Shown: one piece after another, positions 39,435-48,976 of the stretch
How the letters are laid out: the number at the start of each line of letters is the position of its first letter
Numbering within the stretch: the stretch's first letter is position 1
From: an uncultured Acidimicrobiales bacterium
GTDB taxonomy: Bacteria; Actinomycetota; Acidimicrobiia; Acidimicrobiales; DATKAS01
NCBI GenBank assembly: GCA_963726495.1
Contig: CAVSCP010000006.1
Location: forward strand, 140,312 to 204,311
DNA length: 64,000 nt
Reading direction: 5' to 3'
Translations under genes and position numbers: made by a program
The notes under the pieces: generated by a model
The model's input: only the letters and a program-made list of their open reading frames with translations
Database searches by the model: none
What the model was told of the DNA's origin: nothing

Positions 39435-41182
39435 GTGAACCGACCGATCTCGAAACGACGCCGTACCGGCGCGCTCCTGGTTGCCGGGGGCCTCGCTTTG
39501 GCCCTCGTGGCCGCGGCGTGCGGGAGTGATGACAGCGGGAGCAGTGCCGGCACCACCGCAGCCGGCGGTGGAGCAGCGACGACAGCGGCGGGCGGTGCCG
39601 CGACGACGGCAGCTGCCGCAGCCGAGACGCCAGTGGCCGGGCGGCAAGCTCGTGATGGGCATCGAAGCCGACACAGGAAGCCCGTGGGAGCCCTCCAAGG
39701 CGCTCCTCGCGATCTCTGGTCACACCGTGATCCGGTCGATCTACGACTCGCTGACGATCGTCACCGACGAAGGCAAGGTCGTGCCCTACCTCGCCGAGTC
39801 CGTCGAGCCGAACGCGGACTACACGGTCTGGACGATCAAGGTGCGCTCCGGCGTCACGTTCCACGACGGCACGCCGCTGAACGCGGACGCCGTCATCGAC
39901 AACCTGAACCGTCACCTCGAAGTCGTTCCTCACGGCCGCGGTGCTCACCGACGTCGCGAAGGACGCCGAGCGGCGCCCCGCAGATCGCGAAGGTCGACGA
40001 CCTCACCGTCGCGATCACCATGAAGCGGCCGTGGGTGCCGTTCCCGCTCTACCTCTCGGGTGCGATCGGCTACATGGCCAGCCCGACGTGGCAGGCAGCC
40101 GCCGACAAGGATCCCGCGCTCGAGTCCAAGCCGGTCGGCACCGGTCCGTTCGTCTTCAAGGACTACAAGCCGGGCGAGTCGTTCACGGCGACGAAGAACC
40201 CGAACTACTGGAACAAGCCGTACCCGTACCTCGACGAGGTCGAGTTCCGCGTCATCCCCGACGCGCTCACTCGGTCCTCCGCGCTCGAGGCCGGTGACGT
40301 CGACCTGATCCACACGACGAACGGCGACACGATCAAGAAGTACCGGGGCGAGCCGGATCAGTTCCCGATGACCGAGTGGACCAAGTTCGGCGAGACGGGC
40401 TACACGCTCCTGCACGTCACGCAGGAGGGCTCACCGCTCACCGATCCGCGCGTGCGCTGCGCGATGGCCAACGCCACTGACAACCAGGCGATCATCGACA
40501 AGATCAACGCCGGCATCTCGCAGATCGCCAACGGGCCCTTCTCACCCGGCCAGCTCGGCAACGAGGCGGAGAACGGGTTCCCGCTCAAGCAGGACATGGC
40601 CAAGGCGCAGGAGCTCGTCGCGAGTCGTACAAGGCGGACCATCCCGGCCCGCTCAACATCAACCTCTCGACGACCCAGGACGCGACGAACCTGATCATCG
40701 CCCAGGCCCAGCAGGAGTTCTTCAAGGAAGCCGGCTTCGACGACGTGCAGATCAGCCAGATCGAGCAGGCGAAGTACATCCTCACGGCGCTTCAGGGCCA
40801 CTTCCAGGCCTTCCAGTGGCGCAACCACGGCGGGGTCGACCTCGACGCCCAGTACATCTGGTGGCACTCGTCGAACGCGCTCCCCGTCGATCAGCTCGCG
40901 CTGAACTTCGGGCGCATCAAGGACCCGGTCATCGACCAGGCCCTCGACGCGAACCGCGGCGAGACCGACCCGGCCAAGAAGAAGGAGCTGGCCGAGACGG
41001 TCGACAAGCAGTTCGCGACGCAGTGCTACAACCTCTGGGGCTCGTACACGGTGTGGGGGCTCGCCCACACGCCGAAGGTGCAAGGCCTCGAGGACTTCGT
41101 GGCACCGTCGGGCGAGAAGATCTGCCTCTGCAACGGCATCCAGGGCGTGATCAACATCAGCTCGATCTGGATCAAGCAGTAG
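39435..41182 (+). pseudogene. Family-5 ABC substrate-binding lipoprotein, paralog 2, about 4 frameshifts
   Basis: GTG 39435 (VNRPISKRRRTGALLVAGGLALALVAAACGSDDSGSS), preceded by GGGGGAG. Fragments in ORFs 39393..40694, 39481..40023 and 40745..41182. It is collinear with paralog 1 and ends SSIWIKQ. Confidence 0.8.
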
Positions 41183-41200
41183 CGCGACGCCGCGACCGCA

Positions 41201-41230
41201 CGACGGGCGCCCCGAGCGGGGCGCCCGTCG
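41201..41230 (+). terminator. Terminator-like hairpin after SBP paralog 2
   Basis: CGACGGGCGCCCC-gagc-GGGGCGCCCGTCG, a perfect 13-bp stem. There is no clear U-tract. Confidence 0.45.
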
Positions 41231-41254
41231 TCGCGCGTCTGTAACGGGGCTGCA

Positions 41255-41284
41255 TTGACACCGTGGCAACTGCAGTCGTAGGTT
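41255..41284 (+). promoter_or_regulatory. Sigma-70-type promoter for SBP paralog 3
   Basis: TTGACA (41255..41260), 18-nt spacer, TAGGTT (41279..41284). Confidence 0.5.
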
Positions 41285-41396
41285 CCGGTCGACCATGCAT
41301 GTGGCGGGGGTCACATCCTGCAGAGGGCGTCCAAAGGGGTGGGCGCAGCACGCCTGAGGGCTCTCGCCCAAGCGTCCACACAACAGAGGGGGAAGT

Positions 41397-43144
41397 GTGC
41401 ATCGATCGTCCGGAAGATCTCGCCGAGCTGTCTTCGGCATCGCCGGGGCGTTGCTCGCCTTCGGCGTGCTCGCCGCCGCGTGCGGCAGTGATGACAGTGG
41501 CAGCAGTGCCGGCACCACCGCGTCAGGCGGCGGGGCGGCAACGACCGCGTCGGGCGGCGCGGCCACGACTGCGGCAGCGGCCGAGACGCCGGTGGCGGGC
41601 GGCAAGCTCGTCGTCGGCATCGAGGCCGACACCGGCAGCCCGTGGGAGCCGTCCAAGATGCTCTGCGCGACGTCGTGCTACGTGACCATCGGCAGCGTGT
41701 ACGACACGCTCACGTCGGTCACCGAAGACGGCAAGTTCGTGCCGTACCTGGCCGACTCGGTCACCCCGAACGCGGACTACACGGTCTGGACCTTCCACGC
41801 TCGGGACGGCGTCAAGTTCCACGACGGCACGCCGTTCGATGGCGGCCGCGATGGTCGACAACATGAAGCGGCAGATCGCGTCGTTCCTGACCGGCAAGGT
41901 CTTCAGCGACGTCGCGACGAACGCCGACGGCTCGCCGCAGGTCGTCGCTCACCGATCCGATGACGATGACGATCACGATGAAGCGACCCTGGGTCGTCTT
42001 CCCGCTCTACCTCGCCGCCCAGCCGGGCATGATGGCGAGCCCGACGTGGCTCGCGGCGGCCGACAAGGACCCGACGCTCGAGTCCGAAGCCCGTGGGCAC
42101 CGGTCCGTTCGTCTTCAAGGACTACAAGCCGGGCGAGTCGTTCACCGCGACGAAGAACCCCGACTACTGGAACAAGCCCTACCCGTACCTCGACGAGTTC
42201 GAGACCCGGGTCATCCCCGACGCCCTGACCCGCGCCTCCGCGCTCGAGGCCGGCGACGTCGATCTCATCCAGACCACGAACGGCGACACGATCAAGAAGT
42301 TCCGTGGCGAGGCCGACAAGTTCCCGATGCTCGAGGAGACCGACTACGGCGAGACGGGGTACACCCTGCTCAACGTGGGCGACCCGACGTCACCCCTCGC
42401 GGACCAGCGGGTGCGCTGCGCGATGGCGTACGCCACCGACAACCAGGCGATCATCGACAAGGTCGATGCCGGCGTGCTCGAAGATCGCGAACGGTCCGTT
42501 CTCACCGGCGCAGGTCGGCCACCTCGACGACAGCGGCTTCCCGGTGAAGCAGGACATGGCCAAGGCGCAAGAGCTCGTCGCGAGTCGTACAAGGCCGACC
42601 ATCCGGGCCCGCTGAAGATCAGCCTGTCGACGACGCAAGACGCGACGAACCTGATCATCGCCCAGGCCCAGCAGGAGTTCTTCAAGCAGGCCGGCTTCGA
42701 CGACGTGCAGATCACGCAGATCGAGCAGGCGAAGTACATCCTCACTGCGCTCCAGGGAACCTTCCAAGCGTTCCAGTGGCGCAACCACGGGGGCTACGAC
42801 CTCGACAGCCAGTACATCTGGTGGACCGCGGACAACGCCCTGCCCGCCGCCTCAGCTCGCGCTCAACTTCGGGCGCATCAAGGACCCGGTGATCGACAAG
42901 GCGCTCGCCGACAACCGCGGCGCGACCGACCCGGCACAGAAGAAGGCCGACGCCGAGACGGTCAACAAGGAGTTCGCGACGCAGTGCTACAACCTCTGGG
43001 GCTCGTGGACAGGTCTGGGGGCTGCCGCACACTCCGAACGTCATGGACGTCGGCGTGTTCATCAACCCCGACGGCTCGAAGCAGAGCCCCGGGACCGGTG
43101 GCACCTTCAACCAGCGCTCGGTCTGGATCAACCCGAACGCCTGA
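41397..43144 (+). pseudogene. Family-5 ABC substrate-binding lipoprotein, paralog 3, at least 5 frameshifts
   Basis: GTG 41397 (HRSSGRSRRAVFGIAGALLAFGVLAAACGSDDSGSS), preceded by AGAGGGGGAAG. Fragments in ORFs 41397, 41839, 41960, 42093, 42304 and 42889. My re-translation of the end gives WGLPHTPNVMDVGVFINPDGSKQSPGTGGTFNQRSVWINPNA-TGA. Confidence 0.8.
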
Positions 43145-43151
43145 CGCATGA

Positions 43152-43177
43152 CACGACACGTCTTTCGACGTGCCGTG
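43152..43177 (+). promoter_or_regulatory. Intercistronic hairpin between SBP paralog 3 and the permease genes (attenuator/processing-site candidate)
   Basis: CACGaCACGTC-tttc-GACGTGcCGTG, 10 paired positions with one mismatch. It is followed by the RBS GGGAGGGAGAGG and ATG 43208. Confidence 0.4.
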
Positions 43178-43207
43178 AGGGAACCTTAGGGAGGGAGAGG
43201 TGACGGC

Positions 43208-44165
43208 ATGAGATACGTACGCCAAAAGCTGATCCAGCTGGTGATCGTGGTGTTCGCCGTCACCTTCCTCACCTTCATCTCGATCAACCTGTTGCCCGGG
43301 GATCCCGCCATCTTCAAGGCGGGCCCCGGTGCGACAGACGCGCAGGTCGAGCAAGTGCGTCACGACCTCGGCCTCGACAAGCCGATCCCCGTCCAATACG
43401 GCATCTGGCTGAAGAAGATGGCGACGCTCGACTTCGGCGTCTCGCTCGGCTTCAACACGCCGGTGAGCGAGCTCGTGCGCAACCGCTTGCCGGTGACGCT
43501 CGTCGTGCTCTTCTACTCCTTGATCCTGTCGCTCATCATCGCAATCCCCTTAGGGGTGTTCAGCGCGTATCGCTCCGGCAGCACATTCGACCGAGCGAGT
43601 AGCACCATCGCGTTCGGGTTGTTATCCGTGCCGAGCTACATCATCGGCGTGGTGCTCCTCTACTTCTTCGCCGTGAAGTGGGGGTGGTTCCCGGCCATCT
43701 CCAAAGACGTGAGCCTGTTCCAAGAACCCGGGCGAGCACTTCAAGGCTTACGGCCTCCCGGTGATCACGTTGACCGTTGCCCAGATCGCCATCTACATGA
43801 GGTTGCTCCGCACCGACATGCTCGCGACGCTGCAGATGGACTTCATCACGATGGCCCGCGCGAAGGGCATGTCCACTCGGCACATCCTCTTCCGCCACGC
43901 GTTGCGGCCATCGCTCTTCTCGTTGATCACCGCGGCGGCCGTCAACGTCGGTACCCTCATCGGCGGTGCCGTCATCGTCGAGCAGATCTTCGCTCTCAAC
44001 GGCATGGGTCAGCTCACGGTCGAAGCCATCGGCCGCCGTGACTTCCCGGTGGTGCAGGTCTGCGTGACGATCTTCGCCGTCGGGTTCGTGTTCGTGAACT
44101 TCTTGGTCGACATCGCATACGCCTTCATCGATCCGAGGATCCGCCATGCAAGAGCTCTCGCATAG
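43208..44165 (+). pseudogene. ABC transporter permease (DppB/OppB-like), frameshift(s) near 43730
   Basis: ORF 43208..44041 N-terminal half (MRYVRQKLIQLVIVVFAVTFLTFISINLLPGDPA). ORF 43761..44165 C-terminal half (DFITMARAKGMSTRHILFRHALRPS = EAA motif region). Confidence 0.8.
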
Positions 44166-45171
44166 CCACGGCCACACTCTCGACCCTTCGACCCAGGACA
44201 CGCCCCTCTTCGGGGCCGAGGTCGATCTCGCGCCTGGCGAGATCATGCCGCTGGGCGTCGTCACCGACTCGCTCGACGGGGCCTACGTCAAACCGAAGAA
44301 GCGCGGTCGGGTCACGTTCTGGGTCGCCTCCGGCTGGATGGCGCTCGTGATCTTCCTCGCCGTGTTCGCGGACTGGCTGCCGTTCGTGCACTCGTACAGC
44401 GCGGGCAGCGTGCTCGACGGCAAGGAGCCGCCCTCGCTCTCCCACTGGATGGGGACCGACGTCAACGGGCGCGACATCTTCAGCCGGTGGGTGTACGGAG
44501 CACGCGTGTCGCTCACGATCGGCTTGGCGGCGATCGTGTTCGGGCTGCTGATCGGAGGCTTCCTCGGGCTGCTCGCGGGCTACCACCGCAAGCGCACCGA
44601 CACGCTCATCGTGACGGTCATGGACATCCTGCTGGCGTTCCCGGCGCTGGTCCTCGCGCTGATGCTCGTGACGTTCGGCCAGGCGCCCGACGGCGGCGAT
44701 CGCCACATCTCGCTGGGGCCGATCCACTTCACCTTGAGCCGGTTCGCGCTGGTGGTGTTCGTGCTCGGCATCCTGTCGATCCCACCGCTGACTCGAATCG
44801 TGCGAGCGAGCACGCTCTCGTTGTCGAACCGCGAGTTCGTGATGGCGTCTCGAGCGCTCGGAGCGAAGAACAGCCGCGTCATCAGCCGGGAGATCCTCCC
44901 GAACGTGATCCCGCCGATGCTCTCGTTCGCGCTGACCGGTCTCGCTGTCCTGATCGTCGCGGAGGGGGCGCTCGCCTTCCTCGGCCTGTCCGTACGACCG
45001 CCGACCCCTTCGTGGGGGTTCATGATCTTCGAGGGAAAGAACCCACTGCAGACGGGGCAATGGTGGATCGCCTTGCTCCCCGCCCTCTTCATGTTCCTCA
45101 CGATCCTCGCGATCAACATGATCGGTGACGTCGCGGCCAAGCGCTTCTCCATCCGGGACGCTGTCGGGTGA
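44146..45171 (+). CDS. ABC transporter permease (DppC/OppC-like)
   Basis: Intact 341-aa ORF with HWMGTDVNGRDIFSRWVYGARVSL and REFVMASRALGAKNSRVISREILPNV. Confidence 0.85.
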   Translation: MQELSHSHGHTLDPSTQDTPLFGAEVDLAPGEIMPLGVVTDSLDGAYVKPKKRGRVTFWVASGWMALVIFLAVFADWLPFVHSYSAGSVLDGKEPPSLSHWMGTDVNGRDIFSRWVYGARVSLTIGLAAIVFGLLIGGFLGLLAGYHRKRTDTLIVTVMDILLAFPALVLALMLVTFGQAPDGGDRHISLGPIHFTLSRFALVVFVLGILSIPPLTRIVRASTLSLSNREFVMASRALGAKNSRVISREILPNVIPPMLSFALTGLAVLIVAEGALAFLGLSVRPPTPSWGFMIFEGKNPLQTGQWWIALLPALFMFLTILAINMIGDVAAKRFSIRDAVG

Positions 45172-46325
45172 AGAAGGGACAGCTCTCCAAGAACATCGCG
45201 GATCACCGCACCGCGACGGGCCCGCTGCTCGAGGTCGAAGACCTCAAGACCCACTTCCGCACCGATCTCGGCATGGTGCGCGCCGTCGACGGAGTGTCGT
45301 TCACTCTCGACCGCGGCAAGACGATCGGCATCGTCGGCGAGTCAGGGTCGGGCAAGACGATCCTGTCGCGCTCGGTCATGGGACTGCTGCCGAGCCGGAA
45401 CGTGGTGCGTGAAGGCCGCGTGGCGTTCGAAGGCCAAGAGATCGGCGACCTAGCCCCGCCCGCGATGCGCGAGATCTGGGGCACCGAGATGGCGATGATC
45501 TTCCAGGACCCGATGACGTCGCTCAACCCGGTGATGAAGATCGGACGACAGATCACCGAGTCGCTCAAGTACCACCTGCACATGTCGAAGAGCGACGCGA
45601 GGCACACGGCAGTGTCATTGCTGACGTCGGTCGGCATCCCCGAGCCGACTCGGCGGCTCGACGAGTACCCGCACCAGCTGTCCGGCGGCATGCGCCAGCG
45701 CGTCACGATCGCGATCGCGCTCGCCTGCGGCCCGACGATTCTCTTCGCCGACGAGCCCACCACTGCGCTCGACGTCACGGTCCAGGCGCAGATCCTCGAC
45801 CTCCTCCAAGATCAGCAGCGAGACCGCAACATGTCGATGGTGCTCGTCACCCACGACCTCGGCGTCGTCGCGGGGCGCACCGACGACATCGCCGTCATGT
45901 ACGCGGGCAAGATCGTCGAGAAGGCACCCACGACCGCGCTCTTCTCGAACGTGCGCATGCCCTACACCGAGGCACTGCTCCAGTCGATCCCCAAGCTCGA
46001 GAACAAGAGCCACACGCGCCTGCAGGTCATCGCAGGCCGCCCGCCCGACCTGATCCATCCGCCCAAGGGTTGCCGGTTCAGCCCGCGCTGCCCCTACGCG
46101 CAAGACCGTTGCCGCGAGGAGGAGCCCCCGTTGCAGGAGGCCGAGACACCAGGGCATCTGTTCGCGTGTTGGTACCCGGTGGGCACCCCCGAAGGCGCTG
46201 ACGCGCTGGCCCGCAACCAGGCCGCGCTCGCGGGCAACCGCGCATCGAATGGTGCAGCCTCGACGCCGACGACCTCGACGCCGACGACCTCGACGCCGAC
46301 GACCTCGGCGCCGGCGGAGGCCTAG
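45168..46325 (+). CDS. ABC transporter ATP-binding protein (DppD/OppD-like) with Thr/Pro-rich C-terminal tail
   Basis: Intact ORF. Walker [27 protein letters not shown], and a C-terminal oligopeptide-ATPase Cys motif [14 protein letters not shown]. Confidence 0.9.
   Translation: MKKGQLSKNIADHRTATGPLLEVEDLKTHFRTDLGMVRAVDGVSFTLDRGKTIGIVGESGSGKTILSRSVMGLLPSRNVVREGRVAFEGQEIGDLAPPAMREIWGTEMAMIFQDPMTSLNPVMKIGRQITESLKYHLHMSKSDARHTAVSLLTSVGIPEPTRRLDEYPHQLSGGMRQRVTIAIALACGPTILFADEPTTALDVTVQAQILDLLQDQQRDRNMSMVLVTHDLGVVAGRTDDIAVMYAGKIVEKAPTTALFSNVRMPYTEALLQSIPKLENKSHTRLQVIAGRPPDLIHPPKGCRFSPRCPYAQDRCREEEPPLQEAETPGHLFACWYPVGTPEGADALARNQAALAGNRASNGAASTPTTSTPTTSTPTTSAPAEA
46260..46304 (+). repeat. Perfect 15-bp tandem repeat x3 inside the ATPase 3' end
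   Basis: TCGACGCCGACGACC repeated three times head to tail, encoding (S)TPTT x3. Confidence 0.9.
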
Positions 46326-47414
46326 GTGGCAGGCACCGGCACCGCCCACCTCCGCGACTCCCCCGACACCCTGCTGCGTGTCGAGGGGCTCGTCGTCGAG
46401 TTCCCTCTCGGCAACACCGGCCTGCGGGTGAACGCGGTCTCGGGCATCAGCTTCGACGTGATGAAGGGCGAGACCCTCGGGCTCGTCGGCGAGTCGGGCT
46501 GCGGCAAGTCGACGACCGGTCGAGCGATCATGCAGCTGCCTCATCCGACGAGCGGCAGCATCATCTTCGACGGACACGAGATCACCTCGCTCGACGACGA
46601 GGATGTCCGCAAGCTCCGCCCGCAGATGCAGATGATCTTCCAGGATCCGATCTCGTCGCTGAACCCGCGTCGCAAGGTCCGCGAGATCGTGGCTGAGCCG
46701 CTGGCGATCTGGAAGGTGGGCACCGAGCAGGAGCGGGCCGCGCGGGTGAACGAGGTGCTCGAGGACGTCGGCATCGATCCCGCGATCGCGGCCGACCGCC
46801 GTCCGCATCAGTTCTCGGGCGGCCAGTGCCAGCGCATCTGCGTGGCCCGCGCGCTCGTCATGGACCCGAAGCTCGTCATCTGCGACGAGCCCGTCTCCGC
46901 ACTCGACGTGTCGGTGCAGGCCCAGATCCTCAACCTGCTCGAGGACATGAAGGCCCGGTACGGCCTCACCATGATCTTCATCGCCCACGACCTCGCCGTC
47001 GTGAAGAACATCAGCGACCGCGTGTGCGTGATGTACCTCGGCAAGATCTGCGAGGTCGCGCCGCCCGACGACCTGTACCTCGCGCCGGCGCACCCGTACA
47101 CCGACCTGCTGCTCAGGTCGATCCCGGTGCCCGACCCGACCGTGAAGCCCGACCCGGAGGGCCGCATCACGGGCGAGCTGCCGTCGCCGGTGTTCCCGCC
47201 CAGCGGATGCCGGTTCCGTACCCGCTGCCCCAGGGCGGCGGACAGGTGCGCCGCCGAGGAGCCACAGGTCCGCGATCTCGGTGGCGGCCACTTCGTGGCC
47301 TGCCACTTCCCGATCGGTCATGCCGCAGCGCCGCCGACCGTGGTCACCGACACCGTGCCCGTCGCGGCTTCAGTGGGCGACGCAGCCACGAACGGGGACT
47401 CGCACACGAGCTGA
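46326..47414 (+). CDS. ABC transporter ATP-binding protein (DppF/OppF-like)
   Basis: Intact 362-aa ORF with GESGCGKST, FSGGQCQR, ICDEPVSALD and CRFRTRCPRAADRC. Confidence 0.9.
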   Translation: MAGTGTAHLRDSPDTLLRVEGLVVEFPLGNTGLRVNAVSGISFDVMKGETLGLVGESGCGKSTTGRAIMQLPHPTSGSIIFDGHEITSLDDEDVRKLRPQMQMIFQDPISSLNPRRKVREIVAEPLAIWKVGTEQERAARVNEVLEDVGIDPAIAADRRPHQFSGGQCQRICVARALVMDPKLVICDEPVSALDVSVQAQILNLLEDMKARYGLTMIFIAHDLAVVKNISDRVCVMYLGKICEVAPPDDLYLAPAHPYTDLLLRSIPVPDPTVKPDPEGRITGELPSPVFPPSGCRFRTRCPRAADRCAAEEPQVRDLGGGHFVACHFPIGHAAAPPTVVTDTVPVAASVGDAATNGDSHTS

Positions 47415-47436
47415 CCGCTCCGAGACGGGAGGGCCA

Positions 47437-48051
47437 ATGGCCCAGATGGTGCGTGTCCGCACGCGACTGACTCGAGCAACGCGGCGAGAGCAGATCATCG
47501 ACGCGGCGGTGAGGGTGTTCCACGGCCGAGACCCGGCCGACGTCACGTTCGAGGAAGTGGCCGACGCTGCCGGCGTGTCGCGGGCGCTCGTCTACAACTA
47601 CTTCGGAGATCGGCGCGGGCTCGTCGCCGCGGTGTTCCAGCGTCACACCGATCGCTTGCACGCCGCCGTGGTCGCCGGGTTCGACGGCAACGAGTCGTTC
47701 CGGGAGGCGATCGAGAAGGTCGTGCGCCAGCACTTCAGCTACGCGCGCGACAACCCTGACGGCTACCGCAACGCGACCGGCGACGGGCCGTCACGTCACC
47801 CCGAAGTGATCGAAGAGCGCCTCGCGATGCTGGGGGCCGCGTTCGGCGGTGGCCCTGAGGCGCGGCTGGTCGCTCGGTCGGTTCTCGCGCTCGTCGAGGC
47901 GGCCGCGTTGCGGTGGCTCGAGCGCGGTGACCTCGAGATCGAGCGCGCGATCGAGGTGACGACCGAGCTCATGTGGGGTGGCATCGAGGCGACCGAGCGC
48001 GTCGGCCTCCACCACTACCGCGTCTGGGCCCACGAATTGCAGGACGTGTAG
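47437..48051 (+). CDS. TetR/AcrR-family transcriptional regulator
   Basis: ATG 47437 after GGGAGGG, within ORF 47281..48051. N-terminal HTH REQIIDAAVRVFHGRDPADVTFEEVADAAGVSRALVYNYF. Confidence 0.85.
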   Translation: MAQMVRVRTRLTRATRREQIIDAAVRVFHGRDPADVTFEEVADAAGVSRALVYNYFGDRRGLVAAVFQRHTDRLHAAVVAGFDGNESFREAIEKVVRQHFSYARDNPDGYRNATGDGPSRHPEVIEERLAMLGAAFGGGPEARLVARSVLALVEAAALRWLERGDLEIERAIEVTTELMWGGIEATERVGLHHYRVWAHELQDV

Positions 48052-48061
48052 AGGCGGGTCA

Positions 48062-48153
48062 AATGGCGGCGCAATGCGCCGCCGGGTGCGCGAAGCACCG
48101 ATTGTCGAGCGAAGCGAGCAGGAGCCGGCGAAAGCGCAGCGGAGGACGGCTAC
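48062..48153 (+). repeat. 92-nt structured intergenic repeat, copy B
   Basis: Same orientation as copy A. Hairpin GGCGGCGC-aat-GCGCCGCC (48065..48083) carries one compensatory base-pair flip relative to copy A. A 37-nt identical core is CGGGTGCGCGAAGCACCGATTGTCGAGCGAAGCGAGC. It fills the spacer between the tetR stop (48051) and the hydratase stop (48150), supplying the latter's TAG. Confidence 0.7.
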
Positions 48154-48953
48154 TGATTCGTGTAACGCGGTGGGCGCTTCTCGAGGAAGGCGCGCATCGC
48201 CTCCTGATGGTCGGTCGTCGCGCTGGCCATGATCTGCTGACGGTTCTCGAGGTCGATCGCCGCCTGCATCCCTGGGATCTCGAGCGCCGACCACATGCCC
48301 TCCTTCGTGAGGGCGACTCCGAACGGCGTGTTCTTCATCACGAGCTCGGCCTCGGCGTAGGCGGCATCGAGGATGACCTCGTCGGGCACCACGTCGATGA
48401 CGAGACCGAACTTCTGCGCCTCGGCCGCGGTGAAGATCCGGCCCGTGAGCATCAGCTCCTGTGCGTGCGCGGCGCCGATGAGGCGGGGCAGCAGCCAGCT
48501 GGTGCCGATGTCGCACGCCGACAATCCGATGCGGATGAACGCCGCGTTGAACTTCGCCGACTCCGCCGCGATGCGGATGTCGGAGCCGAGCACCAGTGCG
48601 AACCCTCCGCCGGCGGCGGGACCGTTGACCGCGGCGATGACGGGCTGCGGCAGGGAGCGCAGGTGCGGGATGAGCGCGGCGATCTGCTTCTGCACGGCGA
48701 AGCCCGACTGCGTGGGGCCGAAGCCCTCGGTGTGGGGTGCCCGTCCGTAGCCGCCGAGATCGAGCCCGGCGCAGAACCCTCTCCCCTGCCCGGTGAGGAC
48801 CACGACGCGGCAGCTGGCGTCGGTGGCGACGTCGTCGAGCGCGTCGTGCAGCTGGCCGATGAGCTCGGCCGTCATCGCGTTCAGCTTGTCGGGCCGGTTC
48901 AGCGTGATGAGCCGCACGCCTTCGCGTGGGGTCGAGACGAGCACAGGGTCCAT
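48150..48953 (-). CDS. Enoyl-CoA hydratase/isomerase (crotonase) family protein
   Basis: Intact 267-aa ORF with ITLNRPDKLNAM, VVLTGQGRGFCAGLDL and AAVNGPAAGGGFAL. Confidence 0.9.
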   Translation of the reverse strand: MDPVLVSTPREGVRLITLNRPDKLNAMTAELIGQLHDALDDVATDASCRVVVLTGQGRGFCAGLDLGGYGRAPHTEGFGPTQSGFAVQKQIAALIPHLRSLPQPVIAAVNGPAAGGGFALVLGSDIRIAAESAKFNAAFIRIGLSACDIGTSWLLPRLIGAAHAQELMLTGRIFTAAEAQKFGLVIDVVPDEVILDAAYAEAELVMKNTPFGVALTKEGMWSALEIPGMQAAIDLENRQQIMASATTDHQEAMRAFLEKRPPRYTNQ

Positions 48954-48976
48954 GTCGGGGAACCTACAGTGCGCCC

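Noticed and set aside
46260-46304. Short perfect tandem repeats considered as a possible CRISPR or minisatellite locus
   Set aside because: There are only three 15-bp units with no spacers, entirely within a coding region and in frame. It is not a CRISPR array.
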